Assembly (NCBI GenBank): GCA_964016885.1
Contig: OZ024741.1
Location: forward strand, 148,056,001-148,120,000
Direction of reading: 5' to 3'
Length of the DNA: 64,000 nt
Origin: Eledone cirrhosa
Lineage: Eukaryota
In this document: positions 1 to 13,139 of the stretch, piece by piece
How the letters are laid out: each line of letters opens with the position of its first letter
How positions within the stretch are numbered: the first letter of the stretch is position 1
Program-made: the position numbers and the translations under genes
Notes under the pieces: model-generated
Told to the model about the DNA's origin: nothing
What the model saw: only the letters and a program-made list of their open reading frames with translations
Databases searched by the model: none

Positions 1-2061
1 GACCGAATCAAGGGTAATGATGTTACCAACTATAGACCTATCACATGTCTGTCCGTAATGTGGAAACTGTTGACAAGCATTATGTCTGAGGAAATCTACC
101 ACACAAACAACTTGTTACCGGACGAACAGAAAGGATGCCGAAAGAAGTCCCGTGGTACAAAGGACCAGTTACTTATTGATAAGATGGTATGAGGAATTGC
201 AAGAGGAGACACACTGGTCTTGCCATGGGATGGATAGACTACAAAAACGCATTTGACATGGTGCCCCATTCTTGGATCACCAAAAGCCTAGAGATCTTCA
301 AGGTGGCAAATAACATCAGACAGTTGTTGGGCAAAGTATGAAGTCCTGGAAAACAGAGTTAACATCAGCTGGAGAATCCTTGGGGGGCGTGAAGATCAAG
401 AGAGATATCTTCCAGGGAGATAGTCTGTCCCCTCTGTTGTTTGTCCTTGCCCTGATTCCCCTGACCATTATACTGCGAAAAGTGAGAGCAGGATACAAGT
501 TGGGAAAGGGAGAGCTTACCATCAATCACCTCCTCTTCATGGACGATCTTAAGCTCTTCGGGAAGAGTGAGAAGGAGTTGGATGTGCTTGTTGACACTGT
601 CCGTATTTTCAGCAATGATATATGTATGCAATTTGGTATTAGTAAGTGTGGAGACCTAGTGATGAAGCGGGGTAAATTGAGCAGAAGCAACGGAATCCAG
701 GTACCAACAGGTGAGATGATAAAGGAAATTGACACTGAAGAAGGATACAAGTATTTGGGTGTTCTGGAGGCTGATGACATCAAGAACAAAAAAATGAAGG
801 AATTGATAAGATCTGAATACATTCGGAGAGTAAGGAGCGTATTAAAGTCACATGTGAACAGTAGGAATGCCATAAGTGCAGTAAATTCCCGAGCTGTGTC
901 TATTATTAGGTACAGTGCGGGAATTCTGAGATGGAATGTTGCTGAACAAAAAGAAATGGATAGGAAGACTAGGAAGCTATTGACTATCTACAACATGTTC
1001 CACAAGAGGAGTGATGTCGATAGACTCTACTTAAGGAGATCTGAAGGTGGAAGAGGTCTTATCAGCATAGAGGACTGTGTTCAGATAGAGAAAAACAACC
1101 TACACAAATACGTGACTGATACTAAGGAGCCAATGCTCAGAATTGTACTGAAGGAGAGGACAATAGACCAGGGGATGTCTAAGGAGGAAATAACAACAAG
1201 GAGAAAGAGCAGCCTTCATGAAAAATCCCTTCATAGTACCTTCTTTGAGAAAACTGAATTCAGAGATCCACAGACATGGAACTGGTTGAAAAGAGGAGAC
1301 CTTAAAAAGGCTACAGAAGGAATGCTAATGTCTGCGCAAGAGCAGGCTCTCAAAACGAAGTGGTTGAAACACCATATTTACAAGGAGGAGGCTAGCCCAC
1401 TGTGCAGGATCTGTGGAGAGAGAGAGGAAACTGTGGCTCACATTGTATCCGAGTGTAAACACCTAGCCCAGACTCACTATAAAGGCTGGAGACATGATGT
1501 GATGGGCAGGGTGATCCACTGGCACCTATGCAAAGTAAACAATTTACCACATTCTGAGAAGTGGTATGAGCATAAGCCAGAGTCGGTGATAGAAAACGAT
1601 CAGGTGAAGGTGCTGTGGGATTTTAGGATACAGACGGACAAGAAACTGGAACACAATAGACCTGACCTGGTGGTTTTGGACAAGGAAAAAAGATCGTGCC
1701 TGATTGTGGATGTGGCTTGCCCATTCGACACGAGAGTGCAAGAGAGGGAGAGGGAGAAAATTAACCGATACCAGGATTTAAAGTGGGAGGTAAAAAGGAT
1801 TTGGAACTGCCATGAAGTCAAAGTAGTCCCGATTGTCATAGGCGCACTAGGTACTATCTCAAAAGGTTTCCAGGGATGGTTAAAGAAAATTGGCCCCGCC
1901 TCGCTTTTTGGAACGCTTCAAAAGGCATGCTTGCTGGGAACAGCAAGAACCCTCCGATACGTCCTGAATATCTGAGGCTGCAGGTAGTGGCTTGATATTC
2001 ATTTCAACAAACTTTCCAGTTAACTAACATCAATGACTGAGACTCAAAGAACAATAATAAT
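1..2061 (+). mobile_element. R4/Dong-clade non-LTR retrotransposon (RT plus restriction-like endonuclease), 3' part, with frameshifts near 190 and before 338
   Basis: Frame 1 reads [24 protein letters not shown], then a shifted frame reads WIDYKNAFDMVPH. ORF 338-1975 has FQGDSLSPLLF, HLLFMDDLK, YKYLG, EGGRGL, a CCHC knuckle (CRICGEREETVAHIVSEC), RHD and PDLVVLD..DVACP..EK (RLE). A short 3' UTR ends in (AAT)n. Confidence 0.9.
338..1975 (+). CDS. RT-CCHC-RLE polyprotein fragment of the R4/Dong element (545 aa, open to the natural stop)
   Basis: ORF track plus the RT, zinc knuckle and PD-(D/E)xK motifs listed above. Confidence 0.85.
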   Translation: MKSWKTELTSAGESLGGVKIKRDIFQGDSLSPLLFVLALIPLTIILRKVRAGYKLGKGELTINHLLFMDDLKLFGKSEKELDVLVDTVRIFSNDICMQFGISKCGDLVMKRGKLSRSNGIQVPTGEMIKEIDTEEGYKYLGVLEADDIKNKKMKELIRSEYIRRVRSVLKSHVNSRNAISAVNSRAVSIIRYSAGILRWNVAEQKEMDRKTRKLLTIYNMFHKRSDVDRLYLRRSEGGRGLISIEDCVQIEKNNLHKYVTDTKEPMLRIVLKERTIDQGMSKEEITTRRKSSLHEKSLHSTFFEKTEFRDPQTWNWLKRGDLKKATEGMLMSAQEQALKTKWLKHHIYKEEASPLCRICGEREETVAHIVSECKHLAQTHYKGWRHDVMGRVIHWHLCKVNNLPHSEKWYEHKPESVIENDQVKVLWDFRIQTDKKLEHNRPDLVVLDKEKRSCLIVDVACPFDTRVQEREREKINRYQDLKWEVKRIWNCHEVKVVPIVIGALGTISKGFQGWLKKIGPASLFGTLQKACLLGTARTLRYVLNI

Positions 2062-2247
2062 TGTTTCTACTTTTGGCACAAGGCCAGCAATTATCCAGTG
2101 CATTACTGGTACTTTTATTTTATCGACCCCGTAAGGATGAAAGGCAAAGTCAACCTCGGCGGGATTTGAACTCAGATCGTAAAGGGACGTAACTATGCTG
2201 GATAGCATGGCGTCCGACCCTCTACCGATACTGCCAATCCACCGCCC
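2062..2247 (-). mobile_element. Full-length tRNA-derived SINE (family A) with 20-bp TSD
   Basis: Minus strand reads GGGCGGTGGATTGGCAGTATCGG (A-box-like), GAGTTCAAATCC (B box), core GCCTTTCATCCTTACGGGGTCGATAAA, and an (ATT)n tail. ACTCAAAGAACAATAATAAT is present at both 2042-2061 and 2248-2267. Confidence 0.9.
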
Positions 2248-2279
2248 ACTCAAAGAACAATAATAATAATAATAATAAT

Positions 2280-2364
2280 TGTTTCTACTTTTGGCACAAG
2301 GCCAGCAATTACCCAGTGTATTACTGGTACTTTATTTTATCGACCCCATAAGGATGAAAGGCAA

Positions 2365-2369
<5 letters not shown>
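2280..2369 (-). mobile_element. 5'-truncated family A SINE inside an (AAT)n tract
   Basis: Nearly identical to 2062-2150. Confidence 0.85.
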
Positions 2370-2399
<30 letters not shown>

Positions 2400-2400
<1 letters not shown>

Positions 2401-5160
2401 AATTATTGTGTAAAGTGCTCAGGTGCACTACAACCCGTCAAAGGTGCATGTATAGTACATAGAATAATATACAAATGTCAGGGAAGTGAATAGTGTATGA
2501 GTCATGATATACATGTGTGTATGTGTATGGAGGGAGAATATTAGGTGTAGTGTTGGCAAATCTCAGGAAGCATGTAGGTTTTAAAGGATGCAGTGTTTCG
2601 ACAGCTAACAACTGATGCAAGTAGTTTGTTCCATGCTTCAGCAACTCTCAGCGTGAAAAAATGTTTCCGAAAGTCATGGGAACTGTGCTGTTTTCTGACT
2701 TTGTGGGCATGCCCACGTCTGTTAGACACATGGAAATCAAAAAGGTGCTCAGGGTTGTTGTTGGCAAGATGGTTAATAATTTTATGGGTGTTTACCAAGT
2801 CAGTTGCCAGACGTCGGAGCTTCAATGTATCCATGCCCAGGGAAGCAAGGCGTTCAGAGTATGGTAGATACTTGATGGAGGGTATTCGCTTGGTTGCACG
2901 TCTCTGAGCAGTTTCCAGGAGGTCAATGTTCTGAGCAAGATAGGGGTTCCAGACTGGTGATGCAAATTCTATGTGTGGCCGCACCATAGCCGTGTACAGC
3001 TTTAAATAGATAGCTGGAGAGCGGCTGACAAAGGTCTGGCTGAGTGATGCTAAGACACCCTCGGCCTTCTTGACAATTTTAGAGACGTGCTTCGTCCAAC
3101 GCAAATCGCTGCTGACCGTAATGCCCAGGATATCAAGAAGACTTCTTGATATTAGTGTTGTTGAGAGAGTATGTGGACGCTGGGTTTTTACTCCCAAAAT
3201 GCATGGTGGTGCACTTGTCCACAGCTAGCTTGAGTTGCCAGTCTGAGATCCATTGTTGCATTGTGTCCAGGTCAGATTGCAGGCAAGATCTATAGTGTTC
3301 AGGATCTGCCCTTTTTATCTCAAGGTACAGCTTAATGTCATCTGCATATTTCAGTACTGTGGCATTCTTTAAGTTGGCATTTATGTCATTAATATATGCC
3401 ACAAACAAAAGGGGGCCAAGAACAGATCCCTGTGGTATAGCAGATGACATCTCATATGGTGAGGAATGCTGTCCCAGAACCGTGACTACTTCTCTTCGAC
3501 TGAGAATGAAGGACTTCAACCAGTTAAAAAGATCATCCTTCACATCCATTGCAGAGAGTTTTGCCATAAGCCTTTTGTGTGGCACAGAATTGAAAGCTTT
3601 AGCAAAGTCAAGGTAAACAACATCCACCAATGAGCCGCCATCAGTGATCCAGGTGATGTCTTCAAGGAACTCGATAAGTTGATCACAGCAGCTGGAGTTA
3701 GGGATAAATCCAAATTGCGAGGGCCGGATAAGACTGTCAGAGTTCCAGAAGTTCCAAAGTGTTTCTCTGACACAGGATTCTATCAATTTGGCAATGCAGC
3801 TAGTAAGACTGACTGGACGATAGTTCACAGGTGATGTGCGGTCGCCCTTTTTGAACAGAGGAACGACACTGGCAGTGTTCCACTGTTCTGGAGTAGCACG
3901 GTTGTTCAGACAGAATTAGAAGCGTGATAGCTGGTGCAAAAGGACGTACCCACCACGTTTGAGAAGCAGGTACGTAACTCCATCAAGACCAGGAGAGGCA
4001 TGGTTGCGTTTATTTTTAAGGTGACGTCGCAGCATTGCAGGTGTAAATTTCATGGTTGTAATAGAATCCGGTGTCATATGTGGTGGAGACGGTACACTCT
4101 GGTCTTCAATAGTAAAAATGCCTGCATAGCATTCAGCAATGAGCTCTGCGCATTCCTTGGGGTCGTCAGTAACCTGGCTTGTGTGGGGATTGCGAAGAGG
4201 ACCAACTGGAGAGTGAGGTCTCTGTTTTGAGTGAACATACTTCCAGAACACCTTGCTGTCAGGGCTGGTTGCTATGCGCTGCTCAAATTGAAGCACTGCC
4301 TTTTTTGTCACCTGTTTGAGATGGTTGAATGATTTATTTCGCCTCTTCCTATTGATATCTGATTTATCCAGTTTGTACTCACCTTCAGCATTACGACGTT
4401 CTTTTCTGGCAAGACGGACTGCTGCAGTCTCCCAAATTGCACTTTTGGGATAGATTGGCAATTATCATAGCATGATCAGAGTCACCTAAAGGTTCCTCAG
4501 TAGTAACACTAATAACCGTTTCAGAAGTAGTGGTGAAGAGTAGGTCCAAAGTGTTGTCACCTCTTGTTGGGGAGGTGATTACTTGGAATAATTCGAGTCC
4601 AGCACTAGCTCAAGGAAGTCATTTGCACTTGGTAGCCAATGAAAGGTTTCCCAGTCAATCTCAGGGTGATTGAAGTCCCTGCAATAAAAACATAAGTAGC
4701 TGTTTTCCTGGCAGCAACTCTGAGGATATCACAATGTTGAGTGTCCTGGTGGTAATTTGGGGGACGGTAAACGACTCCAAGTAGCAGTGTTCACATGGTC
4801 ATGCGTATATCGCAGAAAAATACTTTCTGCTGCGATTGGTTCAAATCAACACAGGGAATTGCCGACAAATTTGACCGAACGTAGACCATTACACCACCAC
4901 CACGACGATTAATGCGGTCTTTACGAAACAAGTTGTAGCCATTTATGCTGAAAACCCCATCACAGAGTAAGGAATGTGCTCAAGTTTCCGTGACTGTAAT
5001 GAAGTCAGGGTTGATACTTTTGACGTAGGAGTCAAAAAGATGAATCTTATTGCATAGACTACGTGCATTCAAGGACAACAATTTGTACCTTGATTCCAGT
5101 CTATGATTATGTGCAGGGCATAACAGGTTGTTCTGATTTAGTTTCCCAGAGTTTTTTCAT
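2400..5160 (-). mobile_element. CR1-clade LINE ORF2 relic (APE plus RT) with stops and frameshifts
   Basis: The APE start LSLNARSL..FITVTET lies near 5080. RT motifs are NYRPVSLTS, QFGF, VVYLDFAKAFNSV, PQGSVLGPLLF and YADD. The C-terminus VRPHIEFASPVWNP..QRRATK..RKHFFTLRV..WNKL is CR1-type. The (ATT)n tail is at ~2400. Confidence 0.9.
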
Positions 5161-5202
5161 TTTTTTTTTATTGTCAGTTGTTGAGTTTTATTGTCAGTTG
5201 TT

Positions 5203-5529
5203 GAGTGCCATAACCTATTAGTTCTTTAACCCATTTGTTACCATTTTTCTTGTGGTGGTGTGGGGCCTAGTGGTTTGGATGTTTGGTTCAGTCTTGTGTT
5301 CAATTCCTGGTGGTGCATTATTCTTGAGCAGGACATTTCATGTTGCTCCAGTCTGCTCAGCTGGCAAAAATTCAAAAGGCCCAGCCTTGACACATGTTGA
5401 ATTAGGTTATGGGTACATACGTCTGTAGAATGTTCAGCCACCTGCATGTTAATTTCATGAACAGATGGCTCAATTGATCAAACAACTGAAACACTCAAGA
5501 CCGATGAAGTCTCAACACACGTTCACACC
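5203..5529 (+). repeat. Old SINE-like repeat plus flank; inverted duplicate of 49896-50233
   Basis: Reverse-complement match that includes the flank TGAGTGCCATAACCTATTAGTTCTTTAACCCATTTGTTACC. Confidence 0.8.
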
Positions 5530-5574
5530 ATCTTAACTATAATAAATGGGGATGTGCGAGACAGTGTCCAGAAT

Positions 5575-6215
<641 letters not shown>

Positions 6216-6270
6216 TAGTGTGTGTGAAGAGAGAGATAAAAAGTGAGTATGTAACAGATATATCTATCTA

Positions 6271-6991
6271 TCTATAATATTATAAAGCTGAGTGTCGTGT
6301 GAGTGTATTATGTATGTATGTATCCTACACACCTCCCTATAATTTCTTAGCTTTAATCTCTCCGTCGCTCTTCCCTCTCTCTATAATAGATCATTCCCCC
6401 CTCTATAATTTAACTGCTTTACTCTCTCTGTCGCTCTTCACTCTCAAATATTATAAAGCTGAGCGTCGTCTTTCGCTCTCTCTCTCCCTCTTTCACCCTC
6501 TCTATAATTTAACTGCTTTACTCTCTGTCTCTCTTCACTCTCTATACGACAATACTCTTTTACTTTCCGTAGAGATGAGCGTCGTATGTAAATTCGGTCA
6601 ACACGTATGTATCCTACACACCTCCCTATAGTTTTTTAGCTTTACTCTCTCCGTCGCTCTTCCCTCTCTCTATAATAGATCATTCCCCCTCTCTATAATT
6701 TAACTGCTTTACTCTCTCTGTCACTCTTAACTCTCTAATATTAAAAAACTGAGCGTCTTCTCTCTCTCTCTCTCTCCCTCTTTCACCCTCCCTATAATTT
6801 AACTGTTCTACTCTCTGTCTCTCTTCACTCTCTATATGATAACACTCTTTTACTCTCCGGAGCGTCGTATGTATGTTTATTTCAAAAGGATAACCTCCTT
6901 CAAATTCGGTCATTACACAAGCAGGTAATACATACACCAAAAGGCAACCCTCTTAAAGAGACAGAGAGTGAAAGAGACAGATTAGGAAAAC

Positions 6992-7042
<51 letters not shown>

Positions 7043-8271
7043 CTAAAGAGAGAGAGAGGAGAGAGGAGAGAGAGACACACACAGGGAAAGAGAAACAGAG
7101 GGACGAAAATCATTTGGATACACAGAACGAAAATACAGACAAATATAATAATGTATGTATCCCACGCACTTTTTGGCAAAACCAGAAGAAAAAATTATAC
7201 TACATCAGAACAGTCTGAGGACGATCATGAACGTCGCCTCAGCAGATGAGGACTCATGCAACAGCCAGGTTGGAGTTAAAGCCTGGTGCCCCTTTCATCC
7301 TGCTGCGCAATCTCGACCCACCAAAGCTCTGCAATGGCACACGACTTGCAGTCAAGCAGATGCTGTGTCATGTCATTGAAGCCACAATTATGACTGGAGT
7401 TGGTAGAGGAGAGGGTGTGTTTATTCCACGCATCCCGTTGCTACCAGCAGACTTGCCCTTTCAGTTCAAGCGACTTCAGTTTCCAATCAGACTAAGCTTC
7501 GCGATTACCATCAATAAAGTTCAGGGTCAAACCCTCAAAGTCGCTGGCCTTCATCTGGGAACACCATGCTTCTCCCATGGTCAGTTGTATGTAGGATGCT
7601 CTAGGGTGAGCTCCCCAAACAATCTCTTAATTTTTGCTCCCGAGGGCCGAACAAAAAACATTGTGTACTCTGAGGCTCTAACAATGTAAATTTTGTATTT
7701 TTGTAATGTGGAATTTTCATTAAAGCTGTACATGGATTGACAGACCATTTTATTAACCCTATGGGTCGCCATTGCATGGGCCAAAATCACACCGGAAGTC
7801 ATTCGTAATACCTGAATAGGTATCGGATATCATGATGTGTCCGGATAAATTCAAACAGTGAACGAACAAAGGCCCTTTTTAGGGCCACCTCTTGCAATTA
7901 TTACCGCAATCTCTTCTTTAACGGCTTTCTGCAGACTTGAAATTTTTAACCAAGGCTACAGCCAGTACACAGTTGTCAGATCGAATTGTCGGTTTGTCTG
8001 TGCCTCTGCGCACGTACACCCAATGGGTAGTACATACACACGATGCGTATACACGCACAGGCATGCTCCAAGCACACGTGATAGGAACAGTTGGCCGAAC
8101 AGCTCACTGTTCACCTATGGCTATAAAAATGAGGCTTGTTTGCATAATTGCAAACGAATCGAGTGTTATTAATATTCGAAAAACTCAGATTACATTTATT
8201 GTATTCAGCCATGTAAAGCGAAGATTTTCTTTTTTTATTTGAATGTGGCAAAGCCGGCCATTTATCGCTCG
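6271..8271 (+). mobile_element. Internally deleted Helitron carrying the helicase C-terminus
   Basis: 5' end TCTATAATATTATAAAG followed by internal repeated CT-rich units. ORF 7246-7689 has LLRNLDPPKLCNGTRL, RLQFPIRLSFAITINKVQGQTL and FSHGQLYVGCSRV. GCAAAGCCGG..GCTCG|T is a degenerate Helitron-like 3' end, so that boundary is approximate. Confidence 0.75.
7246..7689 (+). pseudogene. Pif1-like (SF1) helicase C-terminal fragment of Helitron RepHel
   Basis: Helicase motifs V and VI (TINKVQGQT, HGQLYVGCSRV). Confidence 0.85.
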
Positions 8272-8289
8272 TATACAGAAAACTTACTG

Positions 8290-8390
8290 GCCAGTCTGCT
8301 GATATGCAAATCTGGCTGATCAGTGGATCTGCTAATATGCAGATCTGACTGATCAGCCAGTCTGCTAATATGCAAATCAGGCCGATCGAT
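8290..8390. repeat. Three ~33-bp tandem units, each with an octamer-like ATGCA(A/G)AT
   Basis: TCTGCTRATATGCARATC occurs three times at a 33-bp period. Exact ATGCAAAT is at 8304 and 8370. Confidence 0.65.
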
Positions 8391-9424
8391 CAATATATAT
8401 TTTAGAAAATAGCATATAGAGACTGAAGTATGTCCAGTGGCCTTTCAATGTGGTCTGGGATGCCTCCGTGTCTATATTAGCAGCAAAGTTGTAAAACTGG
8501 AAGTGTAATTTCATTGTGGGTCTCATCTGAGCATTGTAGACAGTCAGTAATTATTGGAAACTGAAGTATCTTCTGGCTCTGAAGAGAATGACCGGTATTT
8601 ATGTTGTTGTCTTTACTATGTTATGGATGTGTGGTCATCGGGAGAGATCCTCATTGATAATAAGGCCTAGTATTTGGGGTGAGGGCTCTAATTTTTAAGT
8701 GGGGTGAAGTTTAATGTTTTCTTGCTATGTGCAATAAGTGTCTCTGGTTAGAGGATTTTTTCCTTCCACCCTCCCACCAGTCTCGGAGGCTCTGATAAAA
8801 TAAAGGGTCATGGATCCTGCCTTTCTCTCCTTGACTAAACAATAAAAAAATTCGTTGACATTAGGAAGTTCCTTTAGCTGTAGAAACTATGCCAAATATG
8901 GAGCATATAAACAAGACGTGGCTATCTGACCTGCTGTCCATGACAATGACCATAAAATCATGTGATAGCCCTTAACTTTTCCTGCCTTTTTCTTATTCTG
9001 GTTATGTTTCGAGAACATTCATCATCATTTAACATCCGTTTCCCCAGCTACCAAAGGTTTGATGGGTTGTCACAGTCCAAGTCAGTACTTAATCAGAGCC
9101 ACTGATTTCTCAGATGGGCCAGGGCCTCATTTTGCTTAAATACATTCCTGCACTCTACATTCTGATATATTTTGTTTGTTTCAGAGACTGAAGCTGAATG
9201 ATCAATACCAACAACTCCATCCAATCAAGTTTCTTTACCTCCAACTGCTCATAACTGAGGTAGAATGTCACTTGCTGTCAACACACTTCGATCTTCCGAC
9301 GTGGAAGAGGCTCCTATCAGAAGAAACCGTCATCGAATCATCATTTTTCTTACCTGTTGTACAAACCTGGCTGGACACAGAACACTGCACAAACATTCTA
9401 AACGTTCTATAGAGTTATGAAATA

Positions 9425-9583
9425 ATTGTTTCTACTATTGGCACAAGGCGAGCAATTACCCAGTATATTACTGGTACTTTATTTTATCGACCCCGTAAGG
9501 ATGAAAGGCAAAGTTCACCTCGGCCGGATTTGAACTCAGAATGGCAAGGGCCGTAACTCTATGCGTCAAAGCATGGCGTCCGA
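9425..9583 (-). mobile_element. 5'-truncated family A SINE
   Basis: Same core and tail as 2062-2247. Confidence 0.85.
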
Positions 9584-10289
9584 TACATATGAATAAGCTA
9601 TAGTTGACGAACATCATTAAGTAATGTCAGTTTCATGAGGAGATAAAAAGCCTCCATCCTTTTGAAGGAAAAATAAAAACAAATGAGTCTATAAATCCTG
9701 GAAAACTGTAAGTCCGGTATTGAAAAAAAACAAAAAAACAAGGGATTGACACCCAAAATTCACTATTCTCCTTTTACTTTGCTCCACTTTACAAATTAAA
9801 TGACACGATGGTTCAGTTATATTCAAATATTGTAAGCGCGTCCATTGAGAATATCTTTACGATGTTTGCGAAAATGTAAAACAAATATTTATATCCCAGA
9901 CAGAAATGTTAACTTTTATTTCTATATACTTTTTTATATAATTGTCTGCTGGTGGATTTTGTATTTCGCTCTATACCTTCACCATTAACAAGAGGAAGGC
10001 AACGACGACAACAGTGTCATTAACAACAACAATTCTACCATTAACAAGAGGAAGCCAACCCCAGCATCATTGTCCTATGACAAACTGCTAAGTTGCTCGC
10101 ATGTGTGCGTGCTGAACTCTGGGTCTTTCCGCTGGGAACAACCCTCTGTTTTCTCTCCCACCCACCCCTTTTTTATATTTACTTATGTATTTATAAAGCA
10201 AAAAAACATTGGTAGCGATATGAGTGTAATTCCTGCGTCTATATATTTCTTGTGGGGAATATAAAAAAAAACTATCAATTCATCATCGC

Positions 10290-11960
10290 TTTTACGTCCG
10301 TTTTTCCACTCTTGCATGGGTTGGATGGGTCCTTTTTAGCACTTGTTGCGTTCCTTCCACATATCCTCTGTGAGTTTCAACATTTGAGATCAGCACTCAT
10401 CACCTCAACCCAGGTCATCCCTGGTCTTCTACTGTGGCTTACTTCTATTGGGATGCAAATGTAGAAAAGTTAATGTAAAAACAATGATGATGATGAGTCG
10501 ATAGCTTATAATATGACTGCAAGTAATATTCTAGGTAGCAGAAGCTCTCAACTACTTTTATGGATCCTTCATATGATAGGAAAAGGTTTATATCACTGAC
10601 ACTCTACCCCTGTGCATCTATTACATGTAATGCACACATTTGCATTGTGCACATCTTATAGAGTTTCCGCTGACTCCTTTTCTGTGTATCGAACAGGCCC
10701 ATTTATTGATGGGATCAGGATCTTGTCTTCTTTCTTATTTACTAATACTCTAGTTTTTTTCTAAACTAGGCTTACTCTCAGTCCTTTTGATTCTGTTTCC
10801 ACATTTGGAACTTATTCTCTAGTTTTTCTACGGATTCGGGTATAAGAACCAGATCATTTGCATAAAGAAGTTCCCATGGGCAGCCAGTCATAAACTTCTC
10901 TGTTATGGCCTAGAGAATTATAATGAACGGAAGTGGGCTGAGAACTGAACCCCGATGAACTTTTACCTGAGCCTTTAATTCTTCATTAAACTCCTTTTCT
11001 ACTTTCACTTTACCTATAGCTCCTCTGTACATGGCTTGCACTGATCTCACCAACCATTCTTTTAAGCATAGTTTCCTTAAGGACCACCAGATGACGGATC
11101 ATGGTACTTTGTTAAAGTTCTTCTCTAGATCAACAAAAATTAAATATAAAGGTTTACTCTTAGCTAGGAATTTCTCTTGTAACTGTCTCACTAAGCAGAG
11201 GACATCTGTGGTGTTCCTCCCTGGAATAAAATCTTTCCCTAATTAGCTGCTCTAAACCTCTTTCTGTCACTTTTATAACTTGGTCCATTAGTTTTATGGC
11301 TCTGAAGTTACTCCTTTTCAGGGCATCATTTTTTACATTGTAACAATTAATACTGCTGTGACAACTATTGGGTATGACCTCATCCTGTATTATATCATTG
11401 ACTATGCAGTTGACAAGTTTGTTTCCTACTTCCTTTCATTTTCAGCATCTCTGTGACTGCATCTGATGGTCCAGTGGCTTTCCTATTCTTATTCTCCTTA
11501 ATTAATTTTTTTATCCAATAACTGTTGATTTCAATAGCTGGTCCCTCTTCGGTGTTGGCTGGGGGTAGTCTCTCTTCCTCCCATTTATTCTCCACATTCA
11601 TCAGCGTTCCAAAGTAACATTTCCAGGCCTTTTTTTTTTTTAGCACCAGTAGTGCTAAGTGCACCAGTGTCATTTCTAACACACTTTTCCCCCAACAACA
11701 TCCCTATTCACAATGCTTTGCAATGCATAACGCTTTATGTCTCTGATCCTCACGTTACAAGACATTCGCAAACCTCCTTTCATCCTCTTTCCATGCTATG
11801 TATACTTGTCTAGCTTCTCTCTTAATTACCTGGTACTGGTCTCTGCTACCCTTATTTTTCCTGTCTTTCCATGCCTGTCTCTTGACTTTAATTACTCTAT
11901 ACACTGTGCTGCCACCAGCAGGTCAAGCTCTGGCTGGCTGGTGCTTTCCTCAATGGCAGA
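10290..11960 (-). mobile_element. Highly decayed RTE-like LINE, duplicated at ~45700-48450 (+)
   Basis: Remnants include NRKATGPSD, IFVDLEKN, KVHRGSVLSPLPF, WELLYANDL and a Cys-rich WAC..RKGVSGNSIRCAQCKCVH. Confidence 0.65.
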
Positions 11961-13139
11961 AAAAAAAATAATACTTGAAACAAACTTTTTTACCATAACA
12001 CCAACTAGTGTTTCAGCAAAAACAAATATTTAAAAAATAAGTTTGTTAATTCAAATATATATACTATCTTTACTGGTGGACATATTGTTGTGAAAATGTG
12101 CAGTATTAGTTAGTATAAACAGTTGAATTTTTAATGTCATGCACTCATAGTGTTGTTTTGTTCTTTTCAAAACTCTTGCTAATACCATTTCATGTGGTAA
12201 AAGATATTAAGGTATGATATATTCACCAGCATTTGTTTTCTTTTTCAAACCAGATTTTAATAAGGTAGACTATAGAGCTGATCATTCATATTTCCAGTTT
12301 CAAATCCTGTTAAATATTTTGTATTTTTATTTATTTTGTTACACTTGTGAAATCTCCTTTAAAGAATGACTTTGAGAATAATTAGGATTTGGGATAGATT
12401 TAGAAATGCAACTTTCTGGTTATTTATCTGCTATTTAGAACATAACTTAACAACGTTCTTGCATAAAATTACAATGGTTAGTTTATACATAAATATAAAC
12501 ACATTTATAGCCAGGGCCAATTTCAGGCAGTTTGAAATCAAAAGGGTTAACCGTTTTGGTATCAAACTGACGAAACCTTTCATTATAAACCTTTCATTAT
12601 AAATTTATGAGAAACTTTGTTCCAAACACCAACTTAGTAATAACAGTTATGCTATTAAATCCCTCCAAATCCTTGATTATTTGAAGATCACAAGTAGTGT
12701 ATTTCATTAAAATTATATATTTTAGCTAGCTTTATAGTTTCCTATTTTTTATGCTTTTTTCTTTTTTTCCCTTTTTTTCTTTCTTCTTCTGTGACACTTG
12801 TGTTTGTGTAGATGTTTTGAAACCAGCTCATTGGAATATCCCAATAGAGTTGTTTTTGTTTGATGTATTGATAATTAGAAACCTGTGATCTACGGATCAG
12901 AAATCTGTAGTGTTGTAAATGAATTGGTGAACAGGACTAAGACTTAGGAATGAGAAGTTTGAAGTACTGTAGCAGCAACAATTAGGAGTGTCTGAGAATA
13001 TGAAGACAGTGAACTGTACATGTGATATGAATGTTTAAACACAATTCTATTGTCCTTATCAATAAAAGATATATGATAATATGACTGACTTTCTTATTAA
13101 GGTTCTTATATAAAATTATGATCACAACTCTTATACTAA

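Larger units (their letters stand above)
8417..13124 (+). repeat. Left arm of a large inverted segmental duplication (partner 44950-49504)
   Basis: Colinear reverse-complement identity across repeat and non-repeat sequence, with arm-specific indels. Confidence 0.9.

Noticed and set aside
2170-2247. tRNA genes at SINE heads (also ~24900, ~48630, ~57680)
   Set aside because: A and B boxes are present, but there is no full cloverleaf, and they continue into SINE core and tail with TSDs.
7246-7689. Host PIF1 helicase gene
   Set aside because: It is an intronless C-terminal fragment within Helitron-like ends, and the motifs are Helitron-type.
9185-9258. Second NCAPG gene copy in the left duplication arm
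   Set aside because: Only the candidate terminal exon is copied, with a 1-nt deletion, and no upstream coding exons are present in the window.
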